Positions 1 to 9,147 of a DNA stretch of 64,000 nucleotides are shown here, piece after piece. The stretch is from Candidatus Cloacimonadota bacterium (GTDB taxonomy: Bacteria; Cloacimonadota; Cloacimonadia; JGIOTU-2). The position numbers were made by a program, and so were the translations under genes. Location: positions 1,226 through 65,225 of the forward strand of contig JAFGDR010000022.1 in assembly GCA_016932035.1 (NCBI GenBank), in the 5' to 3' direction. The notes below the pieces were generated by a model. The model did no database searches, had not been told where the DNA came from, and saw nothing but the letters and a program-made list of their open reading frames with translations. Positions within the stretch are counted from its first letter, which is position 1. Every line of letters begins with the position of its first letter.

Positions 1-16
1 ATTTATCTGCGAGGAT

Positions 17-925
17 ATGTCCTATCTGTGCAAATCTGTGTCCTGTTACATTATGATTAAAAAAAAATCGTACCTCATTTTTAAGATCATCATCAGTATT
101 CTGTTCCTGGTATTTCTTTTCTATATCATCAAACCTCAACAGATACTTTCTGCAATGAGAAATGCCGATGCCGTCTGGATCATCCTTGCTTTACTCCTGC
201 TTCCACTCAATATGTTTCTGCAATCACTGCGCTGGAAAGTACTCGTAACGCTGAGCAAAGAAAAGGTATCCAATAAAGAGATTCTTTCCTCGATCCTTTA
301 CAGTTTTTCATATAGTATCTTTACACCGGCACGTCTGGGTGAGATCGGAAGAGCATTTCATATTACGAATTCTAAAAAAGACGAAATGGTCGTTCTCGCA
401 TTTTATGAAAAATTCTTTGCGTTCTGCGCCCTTATGTTGTTCGGACTTATCTCATTAAGTTTTCACGAGAGCTTTTATTATCTCATCGCTGTTGTGGCAG
501 TAATAGTCCTTATGTTCTCCTCAAAGTATCTCGCGCAACATTTGCCCTATTTCAAGAGATACACATCAATCTTAAGCGGAGTTCATACATCAAAAATATT
601 ACTCATATCACTCCTTTTCGTGTTCGTGTATATTTTCCAGTTTTATTTGATACTTAATGCATTTCGACCCGTGAACATTTTTGGTGCTTTTTTCTTCATC
701 TCGATTGTCATGCTGGTCAATGCTATTCCCATCACCTTTAGCGGTCTGGGTCTGAGAGAATTAGCTTCTGTGTATTTCTTCAAACAAATATTTGTTAACC
801 CAGGGCAGGCAGCAAGCGCATCTCTAATCCTTTTCACAATTAATATACTATTACCGACCTTTACCGGATTTATCCTCCATCTCTTGCCATCACATACGAC
901 TGCATCTCAACAAGAGGAAGAATGA
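17..925 (+). CDS. Integral membrane protein, flippase-like / lysyl-phosphatidylglycerol-synthase TM-domain family (UPF0104-like). The start is ambiguous: an in-frame ATG also lies at 53.
   Basis: 302-aa polytopic hydrophobic ORF with a 'TPARLGEIGRAFH' motif typical of the LPG-synthase TM region family. A GAGGA sequence sits just upstream of ATG 17. Confidence 0.4.
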   Translation: MSYLCKSVSCYIMIKKKSYLIFKIIISILFLVFLFYIIKPQQILSAMRNADAVWIILALLLLPLNMFLQSLRWKVLVTLSKEKVSNKEILSSILYSFSYSIFTPARLGEIGRAFHITNSKKDEMVVLAFYEKFFAFCALMLFGLISLSFHESFYYLIAVVAVIVLMFSSKYLAQHLPYFKRYTSILSGVHTSKILLISLLFVFVYIFQFYLILNAFRPVNIFGAFFFISIVMLVNAIPITFSGLGLRELASVYFFKQIFVNPGQAASASLILFTINILLPTFTGFILHLLPSHTTASQQEEE

Positions 926-1371
926 AAAAAATTTTGGTCTTTTTATCACTTGTTTTTTTCATCACGTCTATACTTTTGGCAGGTGAGAAATTCGATACTG
1001 GACGAAGCTCAACTAAAGCGCTTCTCTGGTCGATCATTCCTGGGGGAGGGCAGATATATAACAAGCAATATATCAAAGCAGGCATCGATATCGCTGCAGA
1101 ATCCATGCTTATAGGAACAGCAATCCAATATCATATATGGATGAACGATGCATATTCGAGATATGAACAATCACATAGCGATACGGATTATGATGAGTAT
1201 AATTATTATTACCAACAACGGCAGAACATGCTATGGTGGTGGGCAACTGTGAAATTGTTGGCATTGGTCGATGCATATGTTGATGCCAAGTTGTTCAATT
1301 ATAATGAGAAGAAAAAAACGTTGGATGTTGAATTCGAGGGATTGGGTGTTTCGTTAAGATATAATTTTTAA
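922..1371 (+). CDS. Small signal-peptide protein of unknown function (DUF5683-like 'PGGGQIYN' motif)
   Basis: N-terminal hydrophobic signal, then a 'WSIIPGGGQIYNKQYIKAGI' motif and a Tyr/Trp-rich C-terminus. Its start overlaps the upstream stop (ATGA). Confidence 0.3.
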   Translation: MKKILVFLSLVFFITSILLAGEKFDTGRSSTKALLWSIIPGGGQIYNKQYIKAGIDIAAESMLIGTAIQYHIWMNDAYSRYEQSHSDTDYDEYNYYYQQRQNMLWWWATVKLLALVDAYVDAKLFNYNEKKKTLDVEFEGLGVSLRYNF

Positions 1372-1402
1372 CAAACACCGGGGTCGATTCGGAGAATCAC
1401 CC

Positions 1403-2074
1403 CTACAAATATTTTACCTGGTAAATCTCCTTTGAGAATACATCGATCGCACTCAATTTTTTGTAATATCCCGCCCCGGTATCTACACCAATTTTATCCT
1501 CAGCCAAGAGCACCTCTCTTTGCGGTGAATGCCCAAAAACCACGATCTTTTTCAATCCTGTAGGATAAAAAATGAACTGGTATCGAATCCACAATAGAAC
1601 ATCCCGATCCTGTTCTTCGAAAGGTATTCCCGGCATGATCCCACCGTGGGCAAAATAGAATAGCTCGGTTTCAAAAAATATCTTCGCATTTTTCATGAAT
1701 TCAATATGATCGGCTGGTATGAGATCTTTGAGGTCATTGATCGTTGAATCCTCATTCCCGTATGAACGAGCAGTAAATTCCCCCCCATTTCTGTAATAGT
1801 AATCACCATTGATCGCATGATCATCCAGTCCTAGAAGATCGAGAAGCATATCTTCATGATTCCCGCGCAGAAACACTGCATCATACTTTTTTTGAAATTT
1901 TATTAAATAATCGATAACCTCTTTTGATTTCCTGCCGCGATCGATATAATCTCCAAGGAAGACAAAAAAATCTTCTTTCGATGGTTTGATCTTTTCCATC
2001 AACCTTTGCAGCATGTCAAACTGACCGTGAATGTCACCTACTGCAATAAGGCGTCTGTAATCCTGTTCCCTCAT
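1403..2074 (-). CDS. Metallophosphoesterase (PPP-family Ser/Thr phosphatase / ApaH-like)
   Basis: Calcineurin-like phosphoesterase motifs: GDIHGQ, GDYIDRG, GNHE. Confidence 0.7.
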   Translation of the reverse strand: MREQDYRRLIAVGDIHGQFDMLQRLMEKIKPSKEDFFVFLGDYIDRGRKSKEVIDYLIKFQKKYDAVFLRGNHEDMLLDLLGLDDHAINGDYYYRNGGEFTARSYGNEDSTINDLKDLIPADHIEFMKNAKIFFETELFYFAHGGIMPGIPFEEQDRDVLLWIRYQFIFYPTGLKKIVVFGHSPQREVLLAEDKIGVDTGAGYYKKLSAIDVFSKEIYQVKYL

Positions 2075-2075
2075 G

Positions 2076-5000
2076 TTAGAATTTGAATTCTACCCAGATA
2101 TTAATGGCTGTCGTCGTGCTTGATGTCTCTGCTTTTACATCCTTTGACGATTCATATCGTGCGGTGAGTCCTGCATTGATATCCCGGCTGAAGTTGTACG
2201 CAATCCTCGGTTCGATCTTCAGAACGTTTTTATGATTTGCATCTTGCCATTGCTGATTTGATGTATCCGTATATTGTGATCTGTTTGATGTATAGCTGAC
2301 ATTCAGATCAATATCAGTCTTATTATTCATTTTCAATCGTCCAAGGAGCGGTATCTTGATACCCTTTGCTGCCTGGAACGAGTATCTGAACGTCATGCTC
2401 AATCCCATCTCGTTTGTATGCGTTTGCTTGAAATTCCCTGTATAACTTTTCTGGTCACTGAATGTATAATTAAAACCAAGATTAGTATTTATCTTATTAA
2501 GTAATTTTGTATTAAATGATAATAAAGGAGTGAATTGGTACTTCTCTGTGGTCTGTTCAGGAGTTTCCCAGAATCCCTGGCCGGTGTTCGATATCAGACG
2601 TGTAAAGCTCGTTGAGAGATTGCTTCCTGTCATAAATTTTGCTTTCAGCAATTTATCGATACTGTTAAAACTCAGCATCACCCCGGGTAGAACGATCGAT
2701 TCTGATTTTGTTTTATTTCCTGAAGCTTTTGTAAGGTCAATCGTGTATTTTGCATTCAGGTCTGCACTGAGGAATGAAAAGACCTCAAACGTTGTTCGCG
2801 TATTGACAGAGAATGCATCCGACTGGCCGGTTGATTGGATGGAACCAGCAGTTTGATCTCGAAGACCAAGCTGGTAATAGATTCCCGGCAAAGAATCAGG
2901 TGGTGCAAAATATTTTGTTTTATATGTATTCGTATAACTAAAATCTGCATTTCCAAGCATTTTCACACTATATCCAACCACTTTTGTGACATACATGACC
3001 ATCTTTTGGAAGTTGAATGCCGCTCGTCCATCATCCTTTTCAGTTATCTCTTCTTCAATCTTCTCGACCTGAACAGAATCGATAAGTTCGTTCTGTTTCC
3101 CCAATTCAGGATCCTCATTCTCCATCTGTTTCTTCCGTTCAATATCTTCAAGCTCTCTCTCGTCTATCTCAGGTATTTCTTCCTTTTCCTCTTCCTCCTC
3201 AATAATCTCCTCTTTTCCATCTTTTTCGACAACCTCCTCAATATCTATAAGCTCCATGATGTCCTTACCCCATTTACTGAACTTGAGTGTGACATTTGCC
3301 GAGGTTGTCTTCTCATTCTCAACTTCATATTGAATCGACAAAGAGTCGTTCTGTAGATTTTCTCTGCGGCTCTGCTTATAAATTGTTTTGTATTTTGTAT
3401 TGAAGTTGAAGAACTTCATGAACTGTGGTACATATTCAAGCGTTACATCCTGGTTTCGAGAACTTTCAACACCAATATTGAGATTCCCGACCTTGTTTGT
3501 TTTGGTCAGATCGCGTGTCATGTTAAGGATATAGTCCGCATCAAAATCAGTGAAAAGTTCATAATTTACTGTCAATTTCGGATTAAGTGTATGAACCGGT
3601 GCTTTTTTATCATTAATAAAGACCGTATCCTGAACCTGCTTTGACCATGAATTAAATTTTGAGTATGTATAATTTGTATTTAAAATTATTTTTTGGGGAA
3701 CGAAGTAAAAGTTAAATTTTTCAAAGATCTTGAGTGTAAGGAGTTTTTTTCCAATATTTAATGTATAATCAAATGTCCCGGTATATTTCAGGGTCGTATC
3801 CCGTTTTGTGGGTGAGAGCGTTTTACTTTGCTGAACTGTAGCTTTGATGAACGTATTATCTAAAAGGAGTTTGGAAAAGAAGTTCGTTGATTTCTTGGAT
3901 TTTCTTAATGAGAGAGATGCATTTCTTGTTTCAGAAAGAGTTTTATATTCATTCTTTTCCTCTGATGTTGTTAGTTTAACATCTGAGTTTGGTTTAAAGC
4001 GAGGTTTGCTTTCTCCATAGGTGTAATCAAATTTCAGTGGAATGTTGAATCCCCAATCGCCAGGCAGGAACTTATGAAGGTAGAGATTATTTCTGAGTGA
4101 ATACGAATAGCTGTCCTGGTTACTTCCACCGGTTGCTCCAAGGGAGTAGAAGTTTGGTGTTTTACGCTCAAAACTAAGCTGCAAATCAGCAAAATCGGCA
4201 AATTTTGTATCCAGTGTTAGCCGTGCTGCCATGCCGACTTCCCCATATGCATCACTCACTCTGATATCATCGAAGAATATTCTTCCGCTGAATGATGTTT
4301 GCATTGAGTCCGGTCTGACAAGTCCCACAACAACCTGTTTGACATATCCAAGGGATGGATTACCTACGATCCTGAGACGGGATGTTGTGTCCGGTACATC
4401 ACTTCTCTTGAGGTTTGTAAATTCTGTAAAATCTATCGTTATGCCCTGCCACCTGCTTTCCAACATCTTCGTATCGATGTCATCATAAACCTGCACTGGT
4501 TGGCGATATTCATAATAGTTCGAAGTGTCTGCTCCAAGCCGGAAAACAATTGTCTCAGTGTTTGAAGCATTTGGAGGAGGTCCTGTTGCATGCTGCGCAT
4601 AGACCCATAACTTTACTTTGCTGTAATTGAGTAGATCGAGTTTTTCTGAGAAGGTCTCTTTAGCATATACGTACCTGTCCGGTTCGAGGTTCTGAATGTT
4701 CAAAACCAGTGACTGCTCGATCTCTTTTTCTTTATCGTCATCGTCTATTAACGATCCCGGAGGTGGTGTGTAATCTGGATTGTTCAGGTTATTTTCAGTG
4801 GCTACTTCAAAAACTTCATCTGGTTGCAGGTTCGATGGTTTATGAAGTGTGGTATCCATGATCGTGGACGCTACCCATTTATTTCCGACAAGTTCAAAAG
4901 TCTCGATATCTATAATTTTATCATCAGAAGTCTCGGTCTTCATCCATAGACGGACACTTTGAATATAATCCCAGGCAACCCCACCCTGTCCAAGGGGTTT

Positions 5001-8000
5001 AAAATAAAGAGTGTCCTGTAATGGGATTCGAATGAACATCCAGTCATTATATTCGGAAATAATTACTTCAGGATCGACGTTCTTAAGATCAATCGCATAC
5101 TGGAAATAGTTATTTCTCGTATCAAGCACATAGTTTTTGTTCAAATCCTCAGTATCCAGACGCCCATTTACTTCTGCTCCGTTAATGCCGCTATAATCTG
5201 TTGAACCTGCAGAATAATTATAATCATCATTTCCATCATCAATACCCTCAATTCCATCAAATTCATGGCTTTTGGGAGGTACCGGATCTGTTCCCTGAAC
5301 ATTATCGAGCCCGACATCTTCACCAGCATCGAGTACTCCATCCTGGTTTAAATCTTCATAGTTCAAAACATTGTTTGGGTGTGTTATCGGATAATAATCC
5401 TCGCTCATCGTGCCAAGATTTATAAAAAGTGTGTCACCCTGATCAGCATCCTTTGCTTTATACGTCAGTTCAAGATATTTTTTCTTCTCAACATCCTCTG
5501 CTGTCCTGCCAAAGCTTTTCATAATACCACCCCAATTCGGAAGTGATGATAGAGGGTCAAGTTTGCATTCCAAGACTGAAACATATTCTCTGCCCTCTTG
5601 TTCAGGAAGATCAGGATAGATATCCTTTTTCTGATATACATTATGAGGATTATACCAGCTAAAGTCACCTCTTGTTATAAGTGAATCAATCATTAATGAA
5701 TCAATAATGAGAGGCCAGCTCGCAAAATCATATTCAGTTCTGCTGAGCCCTATTGAGAATATCTCATTGATCGCTTCCATGTCATCGATATATGCTTCCC
5801 CTTTATCAGTAGCATTGGGATCTGGAATGTTCATGGCAACTTCACCGGAAAGATTCACGGTCGACGTTTCTTTTGTTCGTACAAGCGGTATCATATCGAC
5901 CAGGTCAGTGACAAACGGCAACTCCGCTCGTATAGAACCGTCAATATCCCCCACAAATGCTTTTGTTGGTTCTCCTCCTACTTTTACGTGTTTATTGCCT
6001 GTCGAACCACCCTCATACATAAAAGTTGCACCGATCTTTGCATTATCGTTGAACTCATAGTCCGCTCGAACACCGAACATGCTCTTTTTATCAATATTAA
6101 AGAATGGTTTGTATTCAAAATCAACCTTAACTACTGCATTCGGGTCACTCGCGGCATCTCCTTTAAGGCGAACCGTACCAGAAAAATAGTCGATGTCATA
6201 GTCAACTCCCTTTTTCATAAGTTCACCATCAACATAGACCTTTTCACTGCCTTCAATGATATTGATATGTCCCAGGTTTATGGTACTTCCTACAGTATTT
6301 GATTTTACGCGAACATAGAAAGGATTATAGTCTGTAATGTCCGGATTTCTTTCATTGTAGACCATAGGATTTCCTAACGTTGAGCTATAATCAGAAAACC
6401 AATAGGGTTGGAATGGTTCCCACATACGGAATTGAGCGATCCCTTTTTCAAGATCGATTGTTTCATCACTACCATTTACCTTGCCATCACCGTTCGTATC
6501 TAAATCAAGAATATCGATGAGCTTATGCTGAACATTATTAATAGTAATTTCGAAAGTCTCATTTCCATTATTGTCTGGATCTTCGTAAAATATCTTAACG
6601 TCAAAATCCTGTGGATCTATATTAGTTCCACCAAGGCTATAAATGTTCTTCACCTGATAATTCCATTTTGCATCCGGAAGTTCTGAACTTGGAACCAGAT
6701 AACTCTTTTTAATCATTTTTACATGTGGAACGCCATCTATGTATTCTCCCCACTTTTTACCGCTAACCTCTTCATAGATTACACCAATCGCATAATTGTC
6801 CGAAATACCTACCCCAAATTGTATCATATAGGGAGCATTTTCATAATCGATAAAGAATTCTTTGATCGGATCTGTAAGTTGTCTGAACTTATATTCATTA
6901 CCATGCTGGTCATATCCAGTAACATCGATTGCCGGATCAAAATTCCCATCATCAATAAATACTTGTACTGTTCCCTGTTTGGGCATTTTATCTGCTATAT
7001 AGTACCACTCTGTCATAGGAAGTGTGTCTGGGTTAACAAAATGACCCTGAGCATCTAGAAACAAGCTATCGGGTTGGTTAAACAGAAAATATTTATTCCG
7101 AACAAAGCTTTTATCCAGGTAATCTGTTTCCTGCTCGACTGCGTTGCCTGTGGCAGATGCAGATGCCTGCTGACCTTCCTGCTGACTGACAATGGTGGTG
7201 AGTCGTAGTTTACCGAACTCAAATTCACCCTTTATACCAAAAAGGTCCTCGGAGGAAGCAGAGTAGCTTAAGAACTGGGAACCGGACAAAGACAGCCTCG
7301 TATCACCCAACTCGATAAGTTTTATCGGGTCGTCTTCATCACCAACATATTTGATGCTGATCTTATTCTTTTCAAAAATTGATTCATCTGAGGTTTGTTT
7401 TACTTCGACTTTGATCTTCTTTCCTATAGTACCGCTTATGCCGAGATTGAGTTTCTGCTCCATTTTCAGGTCAGGAAAAAACCCCTTTTTCGTTCCTTCG
7501 GTAACCACTTCAGGTTTTCGGATAGTCGAAGAGCCACCAATCGTGATCTTTTGAGAACCGGTCACTTTCAGGCGTCCGATATTATCCCCAAAGAAACGCT
7601 GCATAGCTTTGGGCATCTTGATCTTAGGAAATTCAATGTCCGGAATGATACCCTGTGACTCCCGATCCTGGAGGCGGAGTTGTTCTGCTTCGTCTATGTC
7701 AACGATCATCATATTATAGAATTTTTCCCGAAAACGGGCGTTCATATAACCGGGAAGTCCAACTGCAAAGGGAGCATGTATTCGTGCATCACCAAACGTA
7801 CTGCTTACTAACACCCTCTTTTTTCGTATATCGATATCATCCGACTGTGCATAGAGAGAATAGCTGTCAAAATACCTACTGAACTTCTTTCTGGGAAATA
7901 CCTCTTTCAGAAGATAGTTCATGACTTCAGCTGAATCTTTTTTAGCCATAAGCGGCATTGAGAATGGATAGTTAAATAGAATCGGGAATGATGAGGTTCG

Positions 8001-8327
8001 TTGGATGTATTTTTTCTTTTTCTCCTTTACCCGAACTGAATCCTGCTGCTTTTCATGCTGTTCGGTCAAGTTCAGTGTATCTGTTTGACTAATTGTATCT
8101 GTAATTCCGAGTTCGGGTGTTTCAATGAAAAGTGTGTCTGTTGCTATCAGCAGTGTATCTTCGTGTACTTCGCCAGCGCTGTCCGTCACCTTCTCTGTTA
8201 CTTCATGTGAGGTTTCTTTCCCTTCATGTATAACAGTCTCCGCCTGTATTGCATTGTATTGCAGCAAGGTGTAACCTATTCCAATAAGAAACAGGAAAAT
8301 GATGGGAAAAACTGACTTATTTTTCAT
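2076..8327 (-). CDS. Giant (2083 aa) outer-membrane protein, candidate SprA/Sov-like type IX secretion translocon. TamB/AsmA-like is an alternative.
   Basis: N-terminal signal/anchor. Long stretches of amphipathic beta-strand-like, Tyr/Thr/Asn/Gly-rich sequence. The C-terminus ends in an aromatic beta-signal ('...INIWVEFKF'). A Glu-rich acidic insert lies at about plus 3040-3260. T9SS-CTD cargo genes occur elsewhere in the window. Confidence 0.4.
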   Translation of the reverse strand: MKNKSVFPIIFLFLIGIGYTLLQYNAIQAETVIHEGKETSHEVTEKVTDSAGEVHEDTLLIATDTLFIETPELGITDTISQTDTLNLTEQHEKQQDSVRVKEKKKKYIQRTSSFPILFNYPFSMPLMAKKDSAEVMNYLLKEVFPRKKFSRYFDSYSLYAQSDDIDIRKKRVLVSSTFGDARIHAPFAVGLPGYMNARFREKFYNMMIVDIDEAEQLRLQDRESQGIIPDIEFPKIKMPKAMQRFFGDNIGRLKVTGSQKITIGGSSTIRKPEVVTEGTKKGFFPDLKMEQKLNLGISGTIGKKIKVEVKQTSDESIFEKNKISIKYVGDEDDPIKLIELGDTRLSLSGSQFLSYSASSEDLFGIKGEFEFGKLRLTTIVSQQEGQQASASATGNAVEQETDYLDKSFVRNKYFLFNQPDSLFLDAQGHFVNPDTLPMTEWYYIADKMPKQGTVQVFIDDGNFDPAIDVTGYDQHGNEYKFRQLTDPIKEFFIDYENAPYMIQFGVGISDNYAIGVIYEEVSGKKWGEYIDGVPHVKMIKKSYLVPSSELPDAKWNYQVKNIYSLGGTNIDPQDFDVKIFYEDPDNNGNETFEITINNVQHKLIDILDLDTNGDGKVNGSDETIDLEKGIAQFRMWEPFQPYWFSDYSSTLGNPMVYNERNPDITDYNPFYVRVKSNTVGSTINLGHINIIEGSEKVYVDGELMKKGVDYDIDYFSGTVRLKGDAASDPNAVVKVDFEYKPFFNIDKKSMFGVRADYEFNDNAKIGATFMYEGGSTGNKHVKVGGEPTKAFVGDIDGSIRAELPFVTDLVDMIPLVRTKETSTVNLSGEVAMNIPDPNATDKGEAYIDDMEAINEIFSIGLSRTEYDFASWPLIIDSLMIDSLITRGDFSWYNPHNVYQKKDIYPDLPEQEGREYVSVLECKLDPLSSLPNWGGIMKSFGRTAEDVEKKKYLELTYKAKDADQGDTLFINLGTMSEDYYPITHPNNVLNYEDLNQDGVLDAGEDVGLDNVQGTDPVPPKSHEFDGIEGIDDGNDDYNYSAGSTDYSGINGAEVNGRLDTEDLNKNYVLDTRNNYFQYAIDLKNVDPEVIISEYNDWMFIRIPLQDTLYFKPLGQGGVAWDYIQSVRLWMKTETSDDKIIDIETFELVGNKWVASTIMDTTLHKPSNLQPDEVFEVATENNLNNPDYTPPPGSLIDDDDKEKEIEQSLVLNIQNLEPDRYVYAKETFSEKLDLLNYSKVKLWVYAQHATGPPPNASNTETIVFRLGADTSNYYEYRQPVQVYDDIDTKMLESRWQGITIDFTEFTNLKRSDVPDTTSRLRIVGNPSLGYVKQVVVGLVRPDSMQTSFSGRIFFDDIRVSDAYGEVGMAARLTLDTKFADFADLQLSFERKTPNFYSLGATGGSNQDSYSYSLRNNLYLHKFLPGDWGFNIPLKFDYTYGESKPRFKPNSDVKLTTSEEKNEYKTLSETRNASLSLRKSKKSTNFFSKLLLDNTFIKATVQQSKTLSPTKRDTTLKYTGTFDYTLNIGKKLLTLKIFEKFNFYFVPQKIILNTNYTYSKFNSWSKQVQDTVFINDKKAPVHTLNPKLTVNYELFTDFDADYILNMTRDLTKTNKVGNLNIGVESSRNQDVTLEYVPQFMKFFNFNTKYKTIYKQSRRENLQNDSLSIQYEVENEKTTSANVTLKFSKWGKDIMELIDIEEVVEKDGKEEIIEEEEEKEEIPEIDERELEDIERKKQMENEDPELGKQNELIDSVQVEKIEEEITEKDDGRAAFNFQKMVMYVTKVVGYSVKMLGNADFSYTNTYKTKYFAPPDSLPGIYYQLGLRDQTAGSIQSTGQSDAFSVNTRTTFEVFSFLSADLNAKYTIDLTKASGNKTKSESIVLPGVMLSFNSIDKLLKAKFMTGSNLSTSFTRLISNTGQGFWETPEQTTEKYQFTPLLSFNTKLLNKINTNLGFNYTFSDQKSYTGNFKQTHTNEMGLSMTFRYSFQAAKGIKIPLLGRLKMNNKTDIDLNVSYTSNRSQYTDTSNQQWQDANHKNVLKIEPRIAYNFSRDINAGLTARYESSKDVKAETSSTTTAINIWVEFKF

Positions 8328-8639
8328 ACCTAAACTTATTACTATCTACATATTATTTTTTTATAATGAACGGACTTTTCCGCGAAACAGTTTTGTGCTC
8401 GATACAAGCAACATCACGATAGTATCAAAGTATATAGGCAGTTTTCCTCTTTTGATTGCCAAAATGTATACCCAAATCCCTTACGGTCAATATTTTGTTC
8501 CTATCAGTTATCATACTTCTGCTCTTATTCATATGAAGTTCGTATATGTACGGCATGGATTTTATCGTCAAGAAATTGATGATTGTTGACAATAACGAGT
8601 GTACATCTCCTATTCATATATCAATTTTTTGGAGGTATC

Positions 8640-9080
8640 ATGCGGCTTCTTGTTCAGCGCGTGAAACGTTCATCAGTATCGGTTGATAACAAACTTGTTT
8701 CCGAAATTGGAACAGGGCTTCTTATCTTCCTGGGAATCGGGCATAAAGACACGAAAGAACAGGTGGAATACCTTGCAAAAAAAGCAATCAATTTGCGCAT
8801 ATTTGAGGATGACGAGGGAAAGATGAACCTCAGTGTCAAGGATATTGGAGGAGAGATTCTCCTTATTTCACAGTTTACACTGTATGCAGATATGAATAAA
8901 GGAAACCGTCCAAGTTTTTCTGAACCGGCTTCTCCCGATAAAGCCGAAGCACTATACGAATATTTTGGAAAGTGTCTTAATGAATTAGGCGTTCCAACAA
9001 AACTTGGTAAATTCGGTGCGCTCATGCAAATCGATCTGCTCAATTTCGGTCCTGCTACGTTTTGGCTGGAGAGGGAATAG
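8640..9080 (+). CDS. dtd: D-aminoacyl-tRNA deacylase
   Basis: 'MRLLVQRV...' N-terminus and a 146-aa length typical of Dtd. GGAGG RBS at 8631-8635. The listed ORF start at 8583 is an N-terminal over-extension. Confidence 0.85.
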   Translation: MRLLVQRVKRSSVSVDNKLVSEIGTGLLIFLGIGHKDTKEQVEYLAKKAINLRIFEDDEGKMNLSVKDIGGEILLISQFTLYADMNKGNRPSFSEPASPDKAEALYEYFGKCLNELGVPTKLGKFGALMQIDLLNFGPATFWLERE

Positions 9081-9147
9081 ATCTTACGGTAACTCGTCAC
9101 CCAAAATCTTGACACAGTTTCCATAGTACGGAAATTTCCCCCTCAAT

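Noticed and set aside
2530-3356. Plus-strand ORFs of 108, 66 and 173 aa inside the giant minus-strand gene
   Set aside because: They lie antisense to a long, well-supported coding frame. The Leu/Phe/Ile-rich low-complexity translations are typical of the antisense of Glu/Lys-rich coding sequence.
2076-8327. TamB/AsmA-family translocation protein as the identity of the 2083-aa gene
   Set aside because: Not excluded, but the C-terminal aromatic beta-signal and the barrel-like strand periodicity favour an integral beta-barrel. Kept as the alternative in the call.
8299-8589. 96-aa plus-strand ORF in the divergent promoter region between the giant outer-membrane gene and dtd
   Set aside because: It overlaps the start of the minus-strand gene, has no RBS and shows AT-rich junk composition. 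More likely non-coding promoter DNA.
8654-9124. 156-aa minus-strand ORF
   Set aside because: Entirely antisense to dtd, which has clear family motifs.
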